NCBI GenBank assembly: GCA_963827755.1
Contig: CAWHCQ010000051.1
Location: 1-10,772, forward strand
From: an uncultured Gammaproteobacteria bacterium
GTDB lineage: Bacteria; Pseudomonadota; Gammaproteobacteria; UBA9214
DNA: 10,772 nt
Reading direction: 5' to 3'
Both the position numbers and the translations under genes were made by a program. Within the stretch, counting starts at the first letter, position 1. Each line of letters opens with the position of its first letter. This document shows, in pieces, positions 1 to 6,683 of the stretch. The notes under the pieces are model-generated. The model was not told the origin of the DNA. It made no database searches and was given only the letters and a program-made list of their open reading frames with translations.

Positions 1-119
1 GCGTCATCGGCAACCCGTTCACTCCCGCGTGCCTGTTTCCACGGTGCACGCAGGATCTTCCAGCGCAACTTGTAGTAACGCTCGAATTCTGCAGCGGTCG
101 ACGGTTCGACGATTTTCAT
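1..119 (-). CDS. GNAT N-acetyltransferase, YiiD/FabY-like N-terminus (runs off the window edge)
   Basis: Not in the ORF track. ATG at 119 on the minus strand reads MKIVEPSTAAEFERYYKLRWKILRAPWKQARGSERVADD. This matches the P-x-T-x-x-E-x-ERYYxxRWxxLRxPxxQxxGSE pattern I recall at the start of E. coli YiiD and related GNATs. It starts 26 nt after the oxygenase stop. Confidence 0.8.
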   Translation of the reverse strand, partial: MKIVEPSTAAEFERYYKLRWKILRAPWKQARGSERVADD

Positions 120-145
120 TGAATGCCGGTGCGAATATACAGGTA

Positions 146-738
146 TCAGGCAAACACGACCCAGGTCGTGGCGATGTATTTCACGCCTTTTTCAAGCACG
201 GCACCGCGATGTTCATGCGTCCAGAAGGGTGGAAACAGCAACAGCTTTCCGGCCTCGGGCTTGATCTGCACGTTCTGGTGCGAGAAATCGGTGGTCCCGC
301 CCGGCCCCTCGACATCATTCAGATACCAGACCGCCACCAGCTGGCGCTGGCTGAACTCGTGGCTGCCGCCGTCGATATGCCAGTGATAGAACTGCCCCGG
401 GTTGGTGCGCTGGATGGCATAGCCGGAATCCTTGAAGGGCCCCTTGAAGAACGGGTAGGTCTCGCGCAGCTCGATCAGCGCCTTGCCGAGTGAGTGGAAC
501 AGCGCCGTGTCGATGTCCTTCCAGTGTTCCTTGCCGCTGACCACCAGGTCGGTGGACTGCTTGATGCTTTTTTCTTCCTGCGCCTGCTGGCCGATGCGGC
601 CCTCGTATTGCTCGCTGTCGAGGTCTTCAAAACGGCGGATCATTTCATTGCAGACGTCGATGGGCAGCGCCCTGGCTTTTCGAAGATGAAGGTGTTGTCC
701 TTGACCTCGCGGATGGTTTTCAGCGGTTGCCTGTTCAT
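146..738 (-). CDS. 2OG-Fe(II) oxygenase (prolyl-4-hydroxylase-like); apparent 1-nt deletion near 670-680
   Basis: Has HxD (YHWHIDGG), VWYLND..GGTT.F, a distal His (FPPFWTHEHRG) and a 2OG-binding Lys (KYIATTW). ATG at 738 gives MNRQPLKTIREVKDNTFIFEK, which joins ..ALPIDVCNEMIRRFE if one base is added (about 197 aa). The ORF track shows only 146-643. Confidence 0.85.
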
Positions 739-744
739 TGGTTC

Positions 745-774
745 ACTGTACGAAAAAAACGGGGTGGAGCGCAA
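745..774 (-). promoter_or_regulatory. Putative sigma70 promoter for a leaderless oxygenase transcript
   Basis: The minus strand reads TTGCGC(774-769)-N18-TACAGT(750-745)-N6-ATG(738). No Shine-Dalgarno is visible. Confidence 0.45.
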
Positions 775-876
775 TTGTTTCCAGGTGCGTGAATTGAAAC
801 CACCGGCGTGGAAGTGCCTGGATCGCCAGGGATGTCCCGGCTGGAATGCCGGGTCGGGCGTGTGGCCGGATGTGCC

Positions 877-1963
877 CTAAAGGGTGTTGCTTTCGATAGC
901 CTTGATCAACGCGGCTTCGCTGTTGTCGCTGTTTTCCTTGTAAATGCCGAGACAGGTCTCCGCCACGGATTGCCAGTGATTTGCGGCCCGCGTCAACAAG
1001 CTGTTCCAGTTCGCGGGTGTCAGCACTGATGCTCCAGTTGTCGTAGGCTGATGCAAACGCCGGGAACAGTGCCTTGCGCATATTGTTCATATTCGCCATG
1101 TAGAAGTGCAGCGATGCGGGGTCGTTGTCCTGCAGCAGGCCGGGCAGGGTGGACAGGGCATCGGCGAGGTTGTCGCGTACCGCACGCAGCATCAGCTCTG
1201 CCTTGCCGGGTTGCAGCGAGGCCAGCATCTCTTCCCAGGCCTTGCCCAGCCGTCTGCCGGCCTCGACCTCGCCGATTTCGTGCAGGATGACGGACTGCAG
1301 TTCCTTTTCCGTCATGGCATCGAGCGCCTCAACCGGTGCATTCTCAAAGTCGTAACACTGCATGGCCTGCTGCATGGCATTTTCCGGCTGGTTCCAGCGC
1401 CATTCCTCGACCTTTTCCCAGCACATGCGGCGCAGGGATTCGCGCCGTACATAAATCGTGTTGCCGAGGCTCATGGCGGGCGGGGCGGACAGGTCGCGGG
1501 CGTATTCCTTTCCCGCGACCAGCAGGGTGTAGCCGGCGTAGTCCTTGCGCTGTACGAGTTCTCCGAGGAAGAATACCGGTTTCATGTTGCGGCCGTAGCC
1601 ACTGCTGTAGACAAGCCCGAGTGCGTTTAATGCCTTGTTGATGGCGGCGGAATCAAACGGTTCATGCAGGGTACCGTGCACGGGGATCTGTTCAAATGAT
1701 TCGTGTTCGAGCGCATCCCAGTGTTCTTCGCGTTGCGTCAGCCAGGCGGTCAATTTTTCACTGGGCAACGTCTCGTGGTAGGGGAAATCGTGTTCCCAGC
1801 GGAAGTACTCGCGCATTTTCAGTAAATAGATGCACAGCGTGTAGTCGGTGGCATGGCGTGCATCGGAGATGTGACAATTGGCGCGGATGGCAGCAAGCGT
1901 GGGCGCCAGCGCGCTGTTGTCGAGCGGTGTGGGTATGGCGGATGCGGCAGTTGGAGCAGACAT
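877..1963 (-). CDS. Sfum_1244-family-like uncharacterised protein; apparent 1-nt insertion at 980-982
   Basis: Motifs NCHISDARHA..YTLCIYLLKMREYFRWE, GLVYSSGYG...KPVFFLGEL, E.ARDLSAPPAM, LHEIGE and RAVRDNLAD are recalled from this family. Removing one A from CGC AAA TCA gives GRNHWQSVAETCLGIYKENSDNSEAALIKAIESNTL* (TAG at 879-877, about 361 aa) instead of the atypical tail running to 743. Confidence 0.75.
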
Positions 1964-1996
1964 GGTGGTTGCCTTGCTAAAGCCCCGGGTTTATCT

Positions 1997-2006
1997 ATGC
2001 TAGCAT
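1997..2006. promoter_or_regulatory. Palindrome ATGCTAGCAT, an extended -10 (TGnTAnnnT) on both strands
   Basis: Perfect 10-bp palindrome between divergent genes; it reads TG-C-TAGCAT in both directions. Confidence 0.4.
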
Positions 2007-2076
2007 GCGCTTTCATATGCCGCTATACGGGGCTGATTATTCAACAGATTTACTGTGTTATTTGTACGGGGTTGTC

Positions 2077-2628
2077 GTGAGAGTAAAAAGCAAATGGAGC
2101 AACAAGGGCAGGGCGCGTACGCTTGAAGAGATCGGTGGTGCGGCGGCCTTTATCCTCTGGCGTATCGCCCAGCAAGGGCTGTTGAACCTCGAGAACGAGA
2201 ACTTCCAGACCGATACGCGCGCGCAGCGCATCGACGTGATTACCGAGTTCCTGGCCTTCCTGGTGCACCTGGCGGACCGGATGAAGGCCGAGGCGCTGGA
2301 TGCAAACGAACGCCAGGAATTCATTACCTCCCTGGCGCAGCACCTTGCCAGCCAGGTACAGGAGAATCGCAGCGATGCGCAGGGCAAGGGTGACTACCGA
2401 AAACCGTTTATTGACCTGTTGAACGCGCGCGCCGCTGATTATGCCGAGTTTCCGATGCCGGACGGTGAGCCGGGTTATGCCATGAAGCGTTATTTTGGCG
2501 ACAGTGTCCGCGCCGTGATCGGCGAGAAAGATAACAAGTGGGTCACGGACCAGGTGATGGAGATCGAGGTGCCGGAAACGCTGGCGCCCCTGAAGAAGGC
2601 GTTACGCGAACTGTTTGCGAAAGACTGA
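2077..2628 (+). CDS. Hypothetical protein (about 183 aa, probably mostly helical)
   Basis: Open frame 2005-2628. The likelier start is the in-frame GTG at 2077 (MRVKSKWSNKGRARTLEEIG...), which follows a GGGG SD-like run. Codon usage is typical from there on, and a terminator follows directly. Confidence 0.8.
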   Translation: MRVKSKWSNKGRARTLEEIGGAAAFILWRIAQQGLLNLENENFQTDTRAQRIDVITEFLAFLVHLADRMKAEALDANERQEFITSLAQHLASQVQENRSDAQGKGDYRKPFIDLLNARAADYAEFPMPDGEPGYAMKRYFGDSVRAVIGEKDNKWVTDQVMEIEVPETLAPLKKALRELFAKD

Positions 2629-2630
2629 AC

Positions 2631-2659
2631 AAAAAAGGGCGGGTAGTCCCGCCCTTTTT
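2631..2659. terminator. Bidirectional intrinsic terminator
   Basis: AAAAAA-GGGCGGG-TAGT-CCCGCCC-TTTTT lies between convergent genes; it has a perfect 7-bp GC stem and a U-tract on both strands. Confidence 0.92.
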
Positions 2660-2679
2660 CATCACGACTGTCCGCTTGT

Positions 2680-2874
2680 TCAGGCCTTCCAGTTACCGAA
2701 GTTGTCCATGTTGTGGGCCTTGCCGTCTTCGTAGCCGGCGCTGTAGGCCTCGTTGACTCGCTGCTCTTCACGCTCCGGGTTCAACAGGTATCCACCCTGC
2801 CAGCCTTGAATGTACTCAGGGTCAATCTTCATTTCTTCCATCTTGGTCGTTGCGTCGTAATATTCCTTGTTCAT
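2680..2874 (-). CDS. Alvin_2107-family sulfur-globule oxidation protein (64 aa)
   Basis: MNKEYYDATTKME..IDPEYIQGWQGGYLLNPEREEQRVNEAYSAGYEDG..NFGNW matches the family pattern as I recall it. A GAGGAA SD lies upstream, and the gene ends just before the terminator. Confidence 0.8.
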   Translation of the reverse strand: MNKEYYDATTKMEEMKIDPEYIQGWQGGYLLNPEREEQRVNEAYSAGYEDGKAHNMDNFGNWKA

Positions 2875-3212
2875 CGATTGTTCCTCGTGCTTTCAGCGTT
2901 TAGTGGAAAGGTTAATTGAATCGGTATTGTTTCAGGCGGCGGCTCTACTTTGCACACATTCGGATAGGCTAGCTCATTGTTTCGATTGAATTTACTGCTG
3001 CGAGGCGCCAGTATACAGGAGCCGAAATTGGCCCCGTATATCCCGATGGAGAGAGTGAATTCAAGTTTGTTACACGCTCTATCCATATGAAAATCCGGAA
3101 TATTCTCTCTTTAGAGGTATTCGATACACGCATCTGAATCGCTAGCATATGCGCTTGTCGAATACCGGCCCGACGCATTCCTGCCGGAAATCCATCCAAA
3201 CAGAGGCACACT

Positions 3213-3648
3213 ATGTCAGACGATTTCATCGATCAGGATTACGCCAGTGGTGTAGCCGCATTTGAAGCCAGGGAATTTTCGCAGGCGATGCGCTGCCTCT
3301 ACCCGATGGCGGAAGTCGGCAACGCGGATGCCCAGCACCGGGTGGCGATTATGTGCCAGAACGGACTCGGTGTGGTACGTAACGAGGCGCGCGCCTTTGA
3401 AATGATGAAGGCATCAGCCGAGCAGGGCTTTGCGCTTGCCCAGCACGGTCTCGGTTTCATGTACCTGGAAGGTGACTGTGTCGAGCAAAACAGTGCCGAG
3501 GCCGTCAACTGGTTTCGCAAGGCTGCAGACCAGGGGCTGGCAGGCTCCCTGACAACACTGGCACAGATGTATGCAGACGGTAATGGTGTAGACGCGCGAC
3601 CCGGAAGAAGCGAAGCGCCTCTATGCCAAGGCCGGTTTCGACCTCTAG
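3213..3648 (+). CDS. Sel1-like repeat (TPR-type) protein with no signal peptide; apparent 1-nt insertion at about 3591-3600
   Basis: SD GAGG upstream. Three Sel1 repeats: GNADAQHRVAIMCQNGLGV, GFALAQHGLGFMYLEGDCV and GLAGSLTTLAQMYADGNGV. The third repeat continues in the +1 frame as RDPEEAKRLYAKAGFDL* (TAG at 3646-3648, about 144 aa). Confidence 0.8.
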
Positions 3649-3686
3649 GCAGCAGCCCCGGCGGTTTGCCGGTCCGGGTATTGACG

Positions 3687-4820
3687 ATGGAATTAACCCC
3701 CGAAGACGCACTGCGCATCAATGTCCTGCTGGCCGGTTCGCTGAAGGCCGTGCGCATTGACGAATCCAGCATGATCCTGCATGCGCTGTCCGACAAGGGT
3801 GAGGCGCAGATCAGGTTGAGCCCCAACTGCCGGGATGAGACCTACCTGAGGGGTGTCCGTGAAATGCTTTCCAGCCATGTGCTTGGCTCACCCGGAGGTT
3901 ACCCGGTTTATCTGAAACGCTGGACCCGCATGGGACAGGCGCGCGACGAGATCCTCGAATCCCTGCTGCTGCTGGGTGAGCCGGAAGCGGTGGTCGCGGT
4001 GGTCAACGCCAGTGGTATTACCAATGAACTGGCAAGCCGGGCCTGGTGGGCCTCGCAAACCGCGGAGAATGCCCGCTGCATGCTGCAGCAGGCACAGGTG
4101 GTCGAGGGCGAGACAGGACCGGTACTGGCGGACTTTCTGGTTGAGTTTCTGCCTTTTGAAGAAGAGGCGCGTAACCAGATCAAGTCGGTGCGCCTGGTGT
4201 TGCAGGGCGACCTGGTTGATTCCAGCGTAAAGCAAAAGCTGTGGGAACGGGGCAAAAGCAGGAATGCCTACTATGTCGGTTTTCTCAGGGCGTTGCCTGA
4301 TGCGCTGCCCGGGGAGCATGCGCCACATCCGCAAGGGCGTGCGCTATCGAGCAGGCTCGGGAACCTCGTCGAGGCGGGGAACCCGTTTGCAGTGCAGCTG
4401 TGCCGCCTGTTGAGTCCTGCCGGTCAGGCCTGGCTTGCCGGTGTCAGCACCGTGCTGAAAAAACCCTCGAACCAGGATGTCGTGGTTGAACTGCTGCATG
4501 CGATCGCTGATTATTCCGCATCTTTGCAGACACGAAATGAACGGCGCACCGGGATCGATGCGATATTCAGGGTTGCCGATGGCTTGATTGACGGCAGTTT
4601 GCAGGCACCTGGCGATACAGGCGGCTGGCTGGAAAGCGTGCTTGACGCCGTGCCGGAGGCCTTGCCGAAGGTGCGTGCCATGCTGTTTTTGTCGATGCTC
4701 GATGAGCCGGTGATCGATCCGGTGTTCTCGAAAACCGATGCGATCGGGACGGTGATGCGGAAAAAAATGCTGCCGGTGAGCGAGCCGATCCAGCAACAGG
4801 TGGAAATTTTGACAAGTTGA
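3687..4820 (+). CDS. dsrS: DsrS, accessory protein of reverse-Dsr sulfur oxidation (377 aa)
   Basis: The start MELTPEDALRINVLLA...AVRIDES and the motifs LSSHVLGSPGGYPVYLKRWTRMGQAR, LLLLGEPEAVVAVV, ASRAWW, LVEFLPFEE and FSKTDAIGTVMRKK are characteristic of DsrS. In the ORF track it is the C-terminal part of 3213-4820. Confidence 0.85.
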   Translation: MELTPEDALRINVLLAGSLKAVRIDESSMILHALSDKGEAQIRLSPNCRDETYLRGVREMLSSHVLGSPGGYPVYLKRWTRMGQARDEILESLLLLGEPEAVVAVVNASGITNELASRAWWASQTAENARCMLQQAQVVEGETGPVLADFLVEFLPFEEEARNQIKSVRLVLQGDLVDSSVKQKLWERGKSRNAYYVGFLRALPDALPGEHAPHPQGRALSSRLGNLVEAGNPFAVQLCRLLSPAGQAWLAGVSTVLKKPSNQDVVVELLHAIADYSASLQTRNERRTGIDAIFRVADGLIDGSLQAPGDTGGWLESVLDAVPEALPKVRAMLFLSMLDEPVIDPVFSKTDAIGTVMRKKMLPVSEPIQQQVEILTS

Positions 4821-4954
4821 ATAGCGGGAAAGATACATTGTCAGCTTGAGCCGCTGCTCGCATTCGGGCTGTAAGGCGGGTTGCCGTGTTTATGCCGCCT
4901 CCCGACCCTCCCGCAGGGTGGGGGAGATAATGAAGTAGCAAGGACAGGAAGCAG

Positions 4955-6346
4955 ATGGATTACTTGCCGGTATTTTTGAAAATAGAAGACAGATCCTGCC
5001 TGGTGGTTGGCGGTGGCAAGGTGGCTGCCAGAAAAATCAGGTTGCTGCACAGGGCCGGTGCCAATGTCACGCTGGTATCACCCGGGCTTTGCGATGAAGT
5101 CGCGGCAGCCGTCGAGAAAGGTACAGCAACACATGTCGAGCGAGGCTTTCAGGATGATGACCTGGTCGACGTGGTGCTGGTGGTCGCGGCAACGGATGAT
5201 GCAGAACTGAACGCCAGGATATCCGAGCTTGCCAGGCGCCGGGGAATTCCTGTCAACGTGGTCGACAATCCGGCCCTGTGCAGTTTTATCATGCCTTCGA
5301 TTATCGACCGTTCGCCGCTGCAGGTGGCGGTGTCGACCGGCGGGGCGTCACCCGTGCTCGCACGTTTGTTGCGTACCCGGCTGGAGAGTTTTATCCCGGC
5401 AGCCTACGGCCGGCTTGCAAAGCTGGTCGATGAATATCGCCAGCGCGTCAAGGATCGTTTTACAGATGTCGAGCAGCGCCGTTATTTCTGGGAAAGTATT
5501 CTGCAGGGGCGTGTTGCCGAGTTGCTGTTTGCCGGGCAGGAAGAAAAGGCGCGCACCGCCCTGCAGACAGCCATCGATGACGTCGATCAGCATGAGGCGG
5601 CAAGCGGTGAGGTCTACCTGGTCGGTGCCGGGCCGGGCGACCCGGACCTGATCACATTCAGGGCGCTGCGCCTGATGCAACAGGCCGACGTGGTTGTCTA
5701 TGACCGGCTGGTGTCGGAACCGATCCTCGACATGGTGCGCCGTGATGCCGAGCTGATTTACGCCGGCAAGCAACGTGACCAGCACACGCTCAGCCAGGAA
5801 AGTATCAACGAGCTGCTGGTGCGCCTTGCAAAGCAGGGCAAGCGTGTCTTGCGACTCAAGGGTGGCGACCCGTTTATTTTCGGGCGCGGTGGTGAGGAGA
5901 TTGAAACACTGGCGAGCGAGAATATTCCGTTCCAGGTCGTCCCCGGCATTACCGCGGCATCCGGGTGTGCGGCATACGCAGGCATACCGCTGACACACCG
6001 TGATTACGCGCAGTCCTGTATTTTTGTTACCGGCCACCTCAAGGACGGCAGTGTCGATCTGGACTGGGAGCGGCTTGCAAAACCGGCCCAGACCATCGTC
6101 TTCTACATGGGGCTGCACAGTATCCCGATAGTGAGCAGGGAGTTGATCGCGCATGGGCTCTCGAAGGACACTCCGGTGGCGCTTGTGCAGCAGGGGACAA
6201 CGCCTGAGCAGCGTGTTTTTATCGAGACCCTCGAAACCATGCCGGAGCTGCCCGCGCGGGAACAACTGAAAGCACCTACCATCATCATTGTCGGTGAGGT
6301 CGTGCGCTTGCACGAAAAACTCAGCTGGTTCGGCAAGCCGCAATAA
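4955..6346 (+). CDS. cysG: Siroheme synthase CysG (dehydrogenase/ferrochelatase plus uroporphyrinogen-III methyltransferase)
   Basis: [83 protein letters not shown] and VVPGITAA; 463 aa; AGGA SD. Confidence 0.97.
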   Translation: MDYLPVFLKIEDRSCLVVGGGKVAARKIRLLHRAGANVTLVSPGLCDEVAAAVEKGTATHVERGFQDDDLVDVVLVVAATDDAELNARISELARRRGIPVNVVDNPALCSFIMPSIIDRSPLQVAVSTGGASPVLARLLRTRLESFIPAAYGRLAKLVDEYRQRVKDRFTDVEQRRYFWESILQGRVAELLFAGQEEKARTALQTAIDDVDQHEAASGEVYLVGAGPGDPDLITFRALRLMQQADVVVYDRLVSEPILDMVRRDAELIYAGKQRDQHTLSQESINELLVRLAKQGKRVLRLKGGDPFIFGRGGEEIETLASENIPFQVVPGITAASGCAAYAGIPLTHRDYAQSCIFVTGHLKDGSVDLDWERLAKPAQTIVFYMGLHSIPIVSRELIAHGLSKDTPVALVQQGTTPEQRVFIETLETMPELPAREQLKAPTIIIVGEVVRLHEKLSWFGKPQ

Positions 6347-6422
6347 GTCACACTTCCGGGTCCGGGAATGCCTGATCACATGACCACTCCGTTCTGCATC
6401 CAGGCTACCCTGATCGATAAAT

Positions 6423-6504
6423 TGTAGGAGCCAGCGCCAGCTGGCGATTTGTTCACTTCACGAGCCGTTCGCGAGCTGTTCGCGAGCTGGCGCTCGCTCC
6501 TGCA
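6423..6504. repeat. GTAG-type REP doublet (REPIN-like) with an internal 11-bp tandem repeat, followed by T7
   Basis: TGTAGGAGCCAGCGCCAGCTGGCGA (6423-6447) and the inverted TCGCGAGCTGGCGCTCGCTCCTGCA (6480-6504) are complementary at 22 of 25 positions. Each copy has its own internal palindrome. TTC(A/G)CGAGC(C/T)G occurs three times at 6457-6489. Confidence 0.75.
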
Positions 6505-6654
6505 TTTTTTTATATTTCAGGTGTATTCATTTGCAGCCCGACCCGGTTCGTTCCGTTTGGGTTGTGTTAACTGCCTGATATCGATACCCATATTGTTGCA
6601 GGCCGGTGAAGCTGCTGTAGTCGAAGCGACATTCGGCGTGTAGGACGTTTCCCA

Positions 6655-6683
6655 TTGTTCGATGCTTTCCATGGTGCTAGCCT
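6655..6683 (+). promoter_or_regulatory. Putative sigma70 promoter of uvrY
   Basis: TTGTTC(6655-6660)-N17-TAGCCT(6678-6683) with an extended TG at 6675-6676; SD GGGGGGAG at 6733-6740. Confidence 0.5.

Noticed and set aside
743-979. C-terminal tail of the 406-aa ORF
   Set aside because: Atypical composition; the alternative frame gives a plausible helical C-terminus ending at 877.
146-1963. The Sfum_1244-like ORF and the oxygenase ORF are in the same frame, separated by a single TGA (745-743), suggesting selenocysteine or read-through fusion
   Set aside because: The opposing +1 and -1 indels explain the shared frame. The linker translation is not protein-like, there is a better native stop at 877, and I see no SECIS-like stem after the TGA.
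2005-2076. ATG start at 2005
   Set aside because: It lies within the promoter-like palindrome, has no SD and encodes atypical sequence; GTG 2077 fits better.
2995-3012. Possible sigma54 promoter (minus strand TGGCGCCTCGCAGC)
   Set aside because: The GG-to-GC spacing is one base short of the strict -24/-12 requirement.
2871-3229. Small minus-strand ORFs 2871-3086 and 2969-3229
   Set aside because: They lie in an AT-richer divergent promoter region, show no recognisable motifs and have atypical codon usage.
5348-6379. 343-aa antisense ORF
   Set aside because: Shadow ORF of cysG, expected from GC-rich codon bias.
6457-6489. Tandem repeats as a possible CRISPR array
   Set aside because: The units are 11 bp with no spacers and no cas genes are present; they belong to the REP doublet.
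6639-6656. GacA-box-like TGTAGGACGTTTCCCATT upstream of uvrY
   Set aside because: Only the left half resembles TGTAAG-N6-CTTACA; the right half matches 2 of 6.
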